A stretch of DNA of 64,000 nucleotides from a virus. Position 1 is the first letter of the stretch, and each line of letters begins with the position of its first letter. A program made the position numbers and the translations under genes. Below, in pieces: positions 46,870 to 55,051 of the stretch. Location of the stretch: the IMG/VR virus record IMGVR_UViG_2881147464_000001, positions 9,453 to 73,452 of that record; one strand, written 5' to 3'. Below the pieces are notes generated by a model. The model was not told where the DNA came from and ran no database searches. It was given only the letters and a program-made list of their open reading frames with translations.

Positions 46870-47082
46870 TCAAATCAGCCGATAGCGGCGCGCAAGGCGA
46901 TGGCAATGGCGCGCATGACGGATTGCCTTCGAGGCGCCGCCGACATAGCAAATCGCTTCAGCTGCCGCGAAATCGTCGCCGATCATTCGGGCATTGATTG
47001 CCGATACCGCTTCGCCGACGGAAAAGCCCGCAAGCCGCAATGCTGCCATGAGGCGCGGGAATCTGGACGCAATCTCAAACAT
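46870..47082 (-). CDS. hypothetical protein
   Basis: AGGAG SD plus hairpin. Confidence 0.6.
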   Translation of the reverse strand: MFEIASRFPRLMAALRLAGFSVGEAVSAINARMIGDDFAAAEAICYVGGASKAIRHARHCHRLARRYRLI

Positions 47083-47126
47083 GGTTCAATCTCCTATTGT
47101 CGCGCACAATCGCGCTCGGGTTCGGG

Positions 47127-47678
47127 TTAGGCGAAGAAATCGGCCGCTTTGGCAATCGCCCATGCATCATTCCAAAGCTCTAGATCGGCGGCATGATCCG
47201 GATTTTCCATGAAAGCCGGTTCGCGGCCGAATGTGGCTTTGAAGGCTTCAAGCATGATCATGTTCGCGTCGAAATAGTCGTGGGAGTGGCACACTCCGGA
47301 GTTTTCCGGTTCGGCCTTGTTTGCATCGCACATTTCGCGGAATTGGAACGGCCGAAGCTCGGCTTGCACCAATTCGCCGAAGGCGCGCGCAAGCTTGATT
47401 TTGTCGCCGATTGTCGCGACCGATATTGGCAACGGCGCTGCAGCGTTGACTGCTCTATAGAAATCGAACATTTCACGCTCGAGCGGCGCAAGCTCGGCAT
47501 TCTCGAATTGCTGATTTTCGATGACGAGATAGAAGCCCGTTGCGGTGCGTTCTATCACGAATCCATCCAGATAGACGAAACCGGCCCGTTTGCCGTCGGT
47601 CGGATAATCGCCATTGGTAGCGGCTTCCACGTCGTCAACCTCGCGCCGCGAAGCTTGGAATTGCTCAAACGTCGTCAT
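47127..47678 (-). CDS. hypothetical protein
   Basis: CHSHDYFDANM...W..AW motif seen in phage proteins. Confidence 0.65.
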   Translation of the reverse strand: MTTFEQFQASRREVDDVEAATNGDYPTDGKRAGFVYLDGFVIERTATGFYLVIENQQFENAELAPLEREMFDFYRAVNAAAPLPISVATIGDKIKLARAFGELVQAELRPFQFREMCDANKAEPENSGVCHSHDYFDANMIMLEAFKATFGREPAFMENPDHAADLELWNDAWAIAKAADFFA

Positions 47679-47704
47679 GGTCCTATTCCCTTCAGATCGG
47701 CCGC

Positions 47705-47974
47705 TTAGGCGGCAAGCTTCAGATTGCCGAAGGCGGCAACGCCATTGCAAGAGACTTCGTGCAAGCGGCCGTCAAATCCGCCCATGAGGAGGGTTTCGGC
47801 GCAATGCGCCGACACTTCGCGCGCCTCGACATGGCAGAGCTTGGCCGCGCCAATGGAACGGCGCATAGCTTCGGCGCTGGCGAAAGCATACACTGCCGGC
47901 TTGCCGCCCCATGCGATGACTGCAAATGCCGAAGGCGAAACGGTTTCGTTTTTCCAGTTGAGGAGCGTTCTCAT
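47705..47974 (-). CDS. hypothetical protein
   Basis: ATGA overlap. Confidence 0.55.
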   Translation of the reverse strand: MRTLLNWKNETVSPSAFAVIAWGGKPAVYAFASAEAMRRSIGAAKLCHVEAREVSAHCAETLLMGGFDGRLHEVSCNGVAAFGNLKLAA

Positions 47975-48159
47975 TTGCTCGACTCCAATTCACAAACGCG
48001 CGGCGCTTTGGCAAGCGCGGCGGCAAGGTCGTTAGGAATGTCAGACGGCAGATCGGCGGCAATGGCCGCGACGCAATCGTCTGCAGTCAATCCCTTGTCG
48101 ACGACAAAGGAATGAGACTGCCCGTGCATCATGAGATAGACGACTAGAGCGTATTTCAT
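47971..48159 (-). CDS. small hypothetical protein
   Basis: GAGGAG SD. Confidence 0.6.
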   Translation of the reverse strand: MKYALVVYLMMHGQSHSFVVDKGLTADDCVAAIAADLPSDIPNDLAAALAKAPRVCELESSK

Positions 48160-48171
48160 GGCGCTTGCTCC

Positions 48172-48498
48172 TCAAACCGGCTTGCGAGTCAGACAGAACG
48201 AAACGCAAAGCCGACCTAGCCGGATGAACGTCAGGCCGCCGACCTTGCGCATGGAAACGTTGAAGAGCGGCGCGCGCTTGCCGTGCAACGTGCCAACATG
48301 GTTGCGCGTGCCATTGGTGCGCACCGCATAGATTTCAATGCGGCGAATGTCGGCACGCTTGGCAATGATATTCCGAAGCAGGACGACGGGCGCTACATAA
48401 CCCGCGCGCCGAAGCGTTGCGGTGCGGCCATTAACATGGGTCACAACCAAATCATGCGCATACGTTGCGGTTAGGGCAGGGTAGGTATGAGCGTTCAT
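48172..48498 (-). CDS. first gene of leftward block, hypothetical
   Basis: GGAG SD plus hairpin. Confidence 0.6.
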   Translation of the reverse strand: MNAHTYPALTATYAHDLVVTHVNGRTATLRRAGYVAPVVLLRNIIAKRADIRRIEIYAVRTNGTRNHVGTLHGKRAPLFNVSMRKVGGLTFIRLGRLCVSFCLTRKPV

Positions 48499-48540
48499 TT
48501 CGTTTCAAGCTCCAATGTCAGTCACAATCGACTAAGCGTC

Positions 48541-48590
48541 ACCTTGCCTATGCGCGCGCCCATTGTCAATAGAATAAATGCATATCGCAT
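48541..48590 (-). promoter_or_regulatory. leftward promoter with operator just upstream of -35
   Basis: TTGACA (48569-48564)-17-CAAGGT; operator ATGCGATATGCATTT at 48576..48590. Confidence 0.7.
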
Positions 48591-48599
48591 ATCTATTCC

Positions 48600-48950
48600 C
48601 TATGCCGCACCGCTTGCCTTGCTCGGCTAGGCCGGCGGCACAGTGCGCCAGGTAGCACGTCCAGCGCACAAGCTCGGCGCCGTCGTCGCGCCTAACGCTT
48701 TTCGCTCCTCCTCCTCGATCAATCGTTGCACCGCGCACCGCACCGCATGGCGCGCCGTCGTCGCGCTCGGCTTGGCCGTGCTTGTCGCCGCGCCGTCGGC
48801 GCTTGAGCCTCGACCTGGCCGGCCGCCGGCGTCTCGAGGGGTAGGGGGGTCCGCTTAAACCCTCGCGCGCGCGGAGGGCGGACCGAGCTGGCAGCCAAAT
48901 TCGCGAGACTCCACCGAAAGAATTTTTGCCCGAGCGAACAAAATTCTTGG
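48600..48950. other. candidate packaging (cos/pac) region
   Basis: Non-coding, GC-rich direct repeats CGCCGTCGTCGCGC, G-tract GGGGTAGGGGGGT, inverted repeat 48848-48884, adjacent HNH gene. Confidence 0.4.
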
Positions 48951-49003
48951 CGGCCGGGGGCGCTGAGGCCCATATCTGCCAAGGCGTAGAGGGATTTTTG
49001 ACT

Positions 49004-49414
49004 GTGAATAAAAACAGCCGGCCACCGCGGTTCAAGCTCTTCCAGGCGCCGGCGGCGATCGCCATCCAGAAGATGAACAAGACCGGGAATTACCGCGGCT
49101 CGCCTCGAGATCGAGGATATGACGCCAAGTGGGATCGGCTCTCGATCGCGTTCCGCAAGCGCCATCCATGCTGCCTTTGGTGTGAGCAGATCGATCGGGA
49201 TACGCTGACAGATCTCGTCGACCATATCATCCCGGTCGTTGATCGGCCGGATCTCAAACATACCTGGTCGAATCTCATGGCGCTGTGCCGGCATCACCAT
49301 GCGCAAAAGGGCGTGATGGAGGTCTATGCGCGGGAAAATGGACTGCTCGGCATGCTGCCGGAGTGGTGTCGAGATCCGGAAAAGCGGCCTTTTCAGTTTC
49401 GGCCAGTCGCGTAA
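49004..49414 (+). CDS. HNH endonuclease of packaging-associated type
   Basis: RGYDAKW...CLWC...VDHIIP...NLMALCRHHH. Confidence 0.85.
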   Translation: MNKNSRPPRFKLFQAPAAIAIQKMNKTGNYRGSPRDRGYDAKWDRLSIAFRKRHPCCLWCEQIDRDTLTDLVDHIIPVVDRPDLKHTWSNLMALCRHHHAQKGVMEVYARENGLLGMLPEWCRDPEKRPFQFRPVA

Positions 49415-49420
49415 AATAAA

Positions 49421-49463
49421 ATGTGAAATGCATATTGCATATATTCTTTGATCGGCGTATTAG
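49421..49463 (+). promoter_or_regulatory. operator plus rightward promoter
   Basis: ATGTGAAATGCATAT 49421..49435; TTGCAT-17-TATTAG. Confidence 0.6.
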
Positions 49464-49494
49464 TGTCCGCCTGTGAACACTAATGCCCTAGCGG

Positions 49495-49752
49495 TTGGAT
49501 ATTCATTCATTGAACAAAACCCGGTCTAACGCCGCTGTCGAGCCAGTTTCGATGTCTGCGGCCGAGTTCAAGCGATGGCTTTCGGCCATGAACTACACCG
49601 GGCGCGCAGCCGCGAAGGCTTTGGGTGTGAGTGTCGGGTCGGTGGTGAACTATCAGCGCGAAGGAGCTCCGCCATCGATCCGGGCGATGTGCCGGGCGCT
49701 GTATCCGAACCAGATGGAAGCGGTATTCCCTTGGGAGAGCAGGGCAGTGTGA
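49495..49752 (+). CDS. small HTH protein (start may be 49552)
   Basis: TGRAAAKALGVSVGSVVNY. Confidence 0.7.
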   Translation: MDIHSLNKTRSNAAVEPVSMSAAEFKRWLSAMNYTGRAAAKALGVSVGSVVNYQREGAPPSIRAMCRALYPNQMEAVFPWESRAV

Positions 49753-49904
49753 TGACCCATCCCCGCTACTACCGCACGACCGTCGGCCAGGATCACATCC
49801 CCGACCATTGGCGCTGGCTCGACAAGGCCATTCTGTGGGCGCTGATCGCCCTTGGTGTGGGCATTGATGTAGCCACGCTGATCTCGCTCGGCGTGTTCGC
49901 TTAG
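49752..49904 (+). CDS. small TM protein
   Basis: C-terminal hydrophobic helix; TGATG coupling. Confidence 0.5.
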   Translation: MTHPRYYRTTVGQDHIPDHWRWLDKAILWALIALGVGIDVATLISLGVFA

Positions 49905-49915
49905 AGGAGAACGCA

Positions 49916-50170
49916 ATGCAGACCGAAGCCGAAAAGCTGAAGACCGAGCTCGAGCGTCGCGCGATCCGCGAGCGCATCGCTCGAGACAATCCTGATGTGC
50001 CATTGTGGTGGATCAACGAGGAATCCGCGCTCGGCAAGACATTCGCCATGCGCGAGAGCGTCAGCGATATCGTCGAATACGTCCAGCGGACGCCGATGCT
50101 AATCACTGACGATCCCGTCGATGAATACGACGTCGAATGCGGCCTGCATTGTGCTTTGGAGGTGGAGTGA
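49916..50170 (+). CDS. hypothetical protein
   Basis: GAGGAG SD. Confidence 0.6.
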   Translation: MQTEAEKLKTELERRAIRERIARDNPDVPLWWINEESALGKTFAMRESVSDIVEYVQRTPMLITDDPVDEYDVECGLHCALEVE

Positions 50171-50301
50171 TGACGGAAGAGGCGGCAAGCGCGCTCCTTT
50201 TCGATGCGGCGATATACGCCGCATGCATCGGAATTGTGATGGCCGGGGTGGCGGTCGGTATCGCGCTGATCAGAGCGGCATGGAAGGGGGGGATCAAGTG
50301 A
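50170..50301 (+). CDS. small TM protein
   Basis: Hand translation MTEEAASALLFDAAIYAACIGIVMAGVAVGIALIRAAWKGGIK. Confidence 0.5.
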   Translation: MTEEAASALLFDAAIYAACIGIVMAGVAVGIALIRAAWKGGIK

Positions 50302-50459
50302 AGAGATCGGCACGATACACTATCATTTCCACAATCACCACAGCTGTCGCCATCATCTCCATCTTGGCAGGTGGGTCCGAATTAAGGGCTGGGGTGCTGT
50401 TGGTGATCGGCGTCATATGCATCGCGGCTGCGGAAATTCTGGAGGTTCTCGGCCAATGA
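50298..50459 (+). CDS. small 2-TM protein
   Basis: GTGA overlap; hydrophobic. Confidence 0.5.
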   Translation: MKRSARYTIISTITTAVAIISILAGGSELRAGVLLVIGVICIAAAEILEVLGQ

Positions 50460-50944
50460 CCTGCGTGGTCGGACTGATCGACAATGGCAAGGTCTACATC
50501 GGCGCCGACAGTGCGGCCAGCGCCGGCGAGAACATTGAAATCCGAACCAATCGGAAGGTGTTCAGGAATGGTGTCTATGTCATCGGCTTCACCGGATCCT
50601 ACCGAGTCGGCCAGCTGATGCAATATACGGCGCTGGCCAAGCCGACTGGAAAGGATGTGTTGCAGCATCTCGTCCTGAATGTCGTCGACAAATTGAAGGA
50701 ACTCTCGGGCAAGGATATCGACGAACTGCTCATCGGGCACGGCGGCCGTCTGTTCAAGATCAGTTCCGACTATTCGGTCGCCGAGTTCGCCTCCCACGCT
50801 GCGGTGGGCTCAGGGGCGCGATATGCGCTTGGCCGGCTGCACGGGGCCTTGGGGAACCCAGATGGCCGCATCCTGGCCGCTCTCGAGGCTGCCGAGGCGA
50901 ATTGCACCGGCGTGCGACCTCCCTTCCATATTGAGATGGCATAA
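50456..50944 (+). CDS. HslV/proteasome-beta-like Ntn hydrolase
   Basis: M-T-CVVG...GADS; RKVF; AVGSGARYALG; ALEAA. Confidence 0.7.
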   Translation: MTCVVGLIDNGKVYIGADSAASAGENIEIRTNRKVFRNGVYVIGFTGSYRVGQLMQYTALAKPTGKDVLQHLVLNVVDKLKELSGKDIDELLIGHGGRLFKISSDYSVAEFASHAAVGSGARYALGRLHGALGNPDGRILAALEAAEANCTGVRPPFHIEMA

Positions 50945-51301
50945 ATGAGCGAACATCAGCACACTCCTGCACCATGGACCGAAACCACGGCCGTCTTTAT
51001 CCCTGCCGGCGATGATCGGCTGATGGCGGGTGGTAGACCATTCTCTGTCGACTGCCGTGTCCTATCAGAACCGAACTACCAATTGGCGATGAGGGCGGTC
51101 AATGCGCATGACTCAATGGTCGAGGCTCTGAAACTGGCTAGAGAGCACCTCGTCAATCTCGGTGCCGCGGTGGAAAATCCGATCATGTGGCAGATCAATG
51201 CTGCCATTGATTCCGCCGAACCAAAGAGGGGTGACAAAGAGGTCATCGTTTGGACTAAGAAAAAGAGGCACCTTGTGCGACCAGAAAGGAAGGCTGGTTA
51301 A
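50945..51301 (+). CDS. hypothetical protein
   Basis: HTPAPW...AVNAHDSMVEAL motif. Confidence 0.6.
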   Translation: MSEHQHTPAPWTETTAVFIPAGDDRLMAGGRPFSVDCRVLSEPNYQLAMRAVNAHDSMVEALKLAREHLVNLGAAVENPIMWQINAAIDSAEPKRGDKEVIVWTKKKRHLVRPERKAG

Positions 51302-52014
51302 TGCTGACCATCGAACAAGCCAAGGCCGCCGGCTATGCGGTCGACACGACCTGCTATCCGCATGTCGCCTACAAAGGACCGCGGTTCCGGCCGGAGACGA
51401 CGGAGGATTGTCTGTCGACCATGGAGGCAACCATGGCCGAGGCGCTGAGGACCGCCAAGAGGCATATCGAATATCTTGTCGCCGTCTACGATGTTGGCGG
51501 GGCGAAAGATGAACTAGCTGAGATTGACGCCGCGCTTGCGCTTGCCGGTCCGTCCTTCGAGAGGATGACGGAGGACGAACTGATCGACGCCATTGAGGAT
51601 CTTATCGAATCGCATCTGACCAAGCCGCCAGAGCGCATGATCTCGGATCAGCGCTTGGCGCCACTGAATGCCGAGCTGGTGCCGCCTCTTGCCGAGATTG
51701 AGGCGGCCGAAAACGAAGTCCATGACCGGCTCGAGCGCGCGTTCGGCGGCTTGCTGAAGTTGCCCTATGTGGCGATCGATGAGCCGGGCTGGCTCGACGC
51801 CGGCTACAAGACTGACCGCGATATGCAGCGGAAACTGGAACTGGCCGGTCTTGACCGGATCACCCAGGCAGGCCGGATCCGATTCCATGAGCAACTGAGG
51901 GAAGGGCAGGGGTACAACGACGCCACCGGTTTCAAACTGAGGTGCTGGATGGCGGCGCTCAGGTATCCTTTTCTGCCGGCTTGGTCGTCGAGAAGCGCGG
52001 TGTTGGCAAAATGA
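51301..52014 (+). CDS. hypothetical protein
   Basis: Coupled ORF. Confidence 0.6.
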   Translation: MLTIEQAKAAGYAVDTTCYPHVAYKGPRFRPETTEDCLSTMEATMAEALRTAKRHIEYLVAVYDVGGAKDELAEIDAALALAGPSFERMTEDELIDAIEDLIESHLTKPPERMISDQRLAPLNAELVPPLAEIEAAENEVHDRLERAFGGLLKLPYVAIDEPGWLDAGYKTDRDMQRKLELAGLDRITQAGRIRFHEQLREGQGYNDATGFKLRCWMAALRYPFLPAWSSRSAVLAK

Positions 52015-52247
52015 AGAAATGGCTCTGGCGGTCGGTCGCGCTCATTGTCGGGTTTATCCTCAGCGCTGTGTTCATTCACTACGACCGGGCTGCGATTGAG
52101 GCGCAGTTGCCTGACTGCTCGTTCCTAGTCCTCGATGAGACGATCGGAAAAGAAATCTGCGTGTCGCCGGAAGATTATGAAGCCTATTGGCGCGGCGAAT
52201 GCCCTGATGCGCGAGCGGAGAACGGAGTGTTTGAATGTCAGAAGTGA
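52011..52247 (+). CDS. small membrane-anchored Cys-containing protein
   Basis: N-terminal TM. Confidence 0.55.
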   Translation: MKKWLWRSVALIVGFILSAVFIHYDRAAIEAQLPDCSFLVLDETIGKEICVSPEDYEAYWRGECPDARAENGVFECQK

Positions 52248-52585
52248 AGACCCATTTCGGGCCCGATTTCAACGGCGTCGTTCGCGCCATCCCCGAACAA
52301 GGCTCAAGCGAGCCGGTACGGCCCACACGCGATCTGGCGGACCAGAGCACCATCGACTTCGCTTTATGGGCTTTGCGGAAGCACGGCTATCTTGAGTGCG
52401 CCGACAAGCTTAACGCCGCCCTCGCCTCCTCCTCACCATCAGGAGCGGCGGAGCCGGTGGCTTGGCGCTACCGCTGGAAACTGGATGGCGAGTGGACGAA
52501 TTGGCGCGTTGCGGACCACAGCCAGAAAGCGGCCGGCCTTCGCGATCTTCAAGAGATCCCCCTCTATGCGGGGAAATCGCTATGA
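52235..52585 (+). CDS. hypothetical phage protein (PVAW...PLY type)
   Basis: EPVAWRYR...PLYA. Confidence 0.6.
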   Translation: MSEVKTHFGPDFNGVVRAIPEQGSSEPVRPTRDLADQSTIDFALWALRKHGYLECADKLNAALASSSPSGAAEPVAWRYRWKLDGEWTNWRVADHSQKAAGLRDLQEIPLYAGKSL

Positions 52586-53127
52586 CCAAAAGCAAACCTG
52601 TGGCTTGGGCTGATCTTGAAGCTCCGGCCATCACGACAGAACAGGACACAGCCAACGCTTGGGCGAAAGCGGGTAGGCCGATAACTCCCCTCTACGCCAC
52701 CCCCGCACAGGCGGTGGCACCGACAGAGGGACTGCCGCGACTGCTTGAGGCGCTGGCAGTGGACTGCGAAAATACCGATGGCTGGGAAGGCGCGGCGCCC
52801 GATCTGCGCGAAGCTGCCACCGCCATCATGCTCCTCTCTGCACGGCTGGTGGAGGTGGAACTTGACTTAGCAGACTACAAGGCCGGTTACGAGGAAGCCG
52901 CCAAGAGCGACATGGCAAATGCAGCCCGCGCCACCACCTCCGAGGCCGAAGCCTCAGACCTCCGCCGCAAGCTGGAGGAGGCGAGGAAGGCGCTGGAGCC
53001 CTTCGCCGCACTCTCCGAGGAACTAGACGCGCTTCGGCACGAAGACGGTTCGACATGCGTATGGCGGCTTAAGGCAAGCGATATCCGCCGCGCCCGCGCC
53101 CTCACCTCAGGAGGCCTGGATGACTGA
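52582..53127 (+). CDS. hypothetical phage protein (PVAW...PLY type, coiled coil)
   Basis: KPVAW...TPLYA; ARKALEPFA. Confidence 0.6.
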   Translation: MTKSKPVAWADLEAPAITTEQDTANAWAKAGRPITPLYATPAQAVAPTEGLPRLLEALAVDCENTDGWEGAAPDLREAATAIMLLSARLVEVELDLADYKAGYEEAAKSDMANAARATTSEAEASDLRRKLEEARKALEPFAALSEELDALRHEDGSTCVWRLKASDIRRARALTSGGLDD

Positions 53128-53422
53128 CCGCATCACCGAGGCGCTACAGGAAGCGCTCAAACTTTGTGACCTTGCCGAGACAATGACGGCGTGCCGCGCC
53201 GATGATGACTACGTTGCCGGCGTCAAAGCCAAGATCGCCGCAGCCCTATCCCAAGAGCCAGGAGTGGCGGAGATGGTGCTAGTGCCGCGCGAGCCGACAC
53301 CGGAAATGATTGAGGCTGGTCTATCTGAGGTGCCCCTGGACGGTTCGGAGGCAGACGATATTGCTGACGCCTATCGCGCCATGATCGCCGCCGCGCCTCT
53401 CTCTTCCGAGGAGAAGCGGTGA
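53120..53422 (+). CDS. hypothetical phage protein
   Basis: VLVPREPTPEMIEAG...AYRAMIAAAP. Confidence 0.65.
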   Translation: MTDRITEALQEALKLCDLAETMTACRADDDYVAGVKAKIAAALSQEPGVAEMVLVPREPTPEMIEAGLSEVPLDGSEADDIADAYRAMIAAAPLSSEEKR

Positions 53423-53703
53423 TGGACATAGAGCGCATTGAGGAAAATCTTGGGGAGGCAATCGCCGCCTTCCGGAAATATCCAGTCACCGATGACCGCT
53501 GCCATGAAGCGCTCATGGAGTTTCGCGCCGCATGCACCACCAACAATATCGACGCCCTCCTAGACGAACTCTCCCGCCTCAGAGAGGCAGAGAAGCGGTA
53601 CAGGGAGGCGCTGGAGACGATCCGCGACGGCTATGGCCCCGATCATCTCAGCCGCTTTGCGCGCAATGTGGCGGGCCATGCATTGCAGGAGGGCGGGGAA
53701 TGA
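53419..53703 (+). CDS. Ead/Ea22-like hypothetical protein
   Basis: NIDALLDELSRL. Confidence 0.55.
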   Translation: MMDIERIEENLGEAIAAFRKYPVTDDRCHEALMEFRAACTTNNIDALLDELSRLREAEKRYREALETIRDGYGPDHLSRFARNVAGHALQEGGE

Positions 53704-53891
53704 GGCTGACGAAGGCTCAGAAGCAGCTGCTAGTCGAGATTGCCAACGGTGACGACCGGTGCAGCGAAGCCTACAACCCAGCGCGGCGACTTGTCGATCT
53801 CGGATTAGTCGTGTGGGTTTCCGAATATCGCTTGGCATTGACCGAATCCGGCCGTGCCGCGCTCTCGGGGTATGGAGGACAAGATGAGTGA
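53700..53891 (+). CDS. small winged-helix-like protein
   Basis: LTKAQKQLL...LVDLGLV...LTESGRAAL. Confidence 0.55.
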   Translation: MRLTKAQKQLLVEIANGDDRCSEAYNPARRLVDLGLVVWVSEYRLALTESGRAALSGYGGQDE

Positions 53892-54441
53892 GACTGAGCC
53901 GTGTCCAGTTTGCCGAGGGCAGCGCACCATCAGGGTTCCGCTGTACAGATCTTTACAAGCATATCGCGCCGACGCACCGCCGGCGGTCGCCGAAGAAATA
54001 AGCCGGCAATATCCGTGCCCTGAATGCGCTCCAACGACATCGGAGGACAGGGTGGCCGTCATGAAGGTGAGCGGCCAGGCGGTCGTTCGCTCCTATGAAC
54101 TGGAATATGAAGAGTATGTGCGCAAATCGCTGGCTCACGATCTTGTCGATCTCATCTTTAGAAGTGGCCACATCACTTTCACCAAGGACAAGCCAGACGA
54201 AGGCACCATGACCGAGACGATCCGCGCCACGATTGGCATCGTATCTGCCGCGACTGTCGCCTCAATGGAGGAGCGAATCGCGGAGCGGCAAATGGAACTC
54301 GCATCTAAGCTGGTAGGTGCTGCAGCCGAGGAGATCCGCGTCTGGGACAGCTATTATACCGGCGACGGCGGCAATATCAGCAAGGGGCAGGCCGTGGATG
54401 CCGTCTCGCGTGCTTTCAAGAAGCTTTCGGGGGCAGCATGA
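53884..54441 (+). CDS. hypothetical Zn-finger-like protein
   Basis: CPVC...CPEC. Confidence 0.6.
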   Translation: MSETEPCPVCRGQRTIRVPLYRSLQAYRADAPPAVAEEISRQYPCPECAPTTSEDRVAVMKVSGQAVVRSYELEYEEYVRKSLAHDLVDLIFRSGHITFTKDKPDEGTMTETIRATIGIVSAATVASMEERIAERQMELASKLVGAAAEEIRVWDSYYTGDGGNISKGQAVDAVSRAFKKLSGAA

Positions 54442-54875
54442 TCGAAGATCTGATTGCACGACTCGAGCAGCTTGAAGCGCCTGACCGGGATATCGATCGC
54501 GAACTCGGCGCTCTTTGGCCCGAGCCGCGACCGTTCAATATTTCATTGGCGGCCATGCGGAACGGGATGCCAATCTGTCCAGCCTTCACCAGCGACCTCA
54601 ACGCCGCGGTGAAGTTGCTCGAGCGAATCCTGCCGGGCTTTGCCTGGAAGATCGGGACGTGCTGCGTCTCCGATGATGCGTGGGTTGTTCCGGATTTCAA
54701 CTGCCCGACGCATGGCGAGCGGCTGTTGAAAGAATACGGCAAGCCGGCGCCGCGCAGCATCTGGGATGTCGGCATCGACATTGACCGCCGGCCGCCGGGG
54801 AATGTGGCGATCGCGCTCTGTCTCGCCGTGGTGACAGCCTATGCTGAGACGTTGAGGATGATGGAGGCAACATGA
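54438..54875 (+). CDS. hypothetical phage protein
   Basis: DLIARLE...DRDID...FTSDLNAAVKL motif. Confidence 0.65.
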   Translation: MIEDLIARLEQLEAPDRDIDRELGALWPEPRPFNISLAAMRNGMPICPAFTSDLNAAVKLLERILPGFAWKIGTCCVSDDAWVVPDFNCPTHGERLLKEYGKPAPRSIWDVGIDIDRRPPGNVAIALCLAVVTAYAETLRMMEAT

Positions 54876-55051
54876 TCGAGACCTACTACCTCGCTTGCGA
54901 GTATCACCGCCCGTATAAAGTTTTCCTCGATCTCAAGTCTGCAAAGGATGAGGTGCAGCCATTCATCGATCAGGGACTCAACTTTCAGGTGGCGGAAGTG
55001 GAAGTAAAGGCCTTCCACGAAGGGCAGGCATGGAAGCGTGACGTTGCATGA
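54872..55051 (+). CDS. small hypothetical protein
   Basis: Hand translation MIETYYLACEY...; ATGA overlaps both ends. Confidence 0.55.
   Translation: MIETYYLACEYHRPYKVFLDLKSAKDEVQPFIDQGLNFQVAEVEVKAFHEGQAWKRDVA

Larger units (their letters stand above)
36703..48533 (-). repeat. family of 11 start-associated stem-loops (loop RAYNGU)
   Basis: Sites at 36703, 37426, 40318, 41174, 43897, 44410, 44796, 45989, 46588, 47102, 48520; stems covary. Confidence 0.85.

Noticed and set aside
41600-48900. Restriction-site avoidance in the putative first-entering block
   Set aside because: GANTC, GATC, CTCGAG and CTGCAG sites are all present by eye; a k-mer count would be needed and I cannot run it
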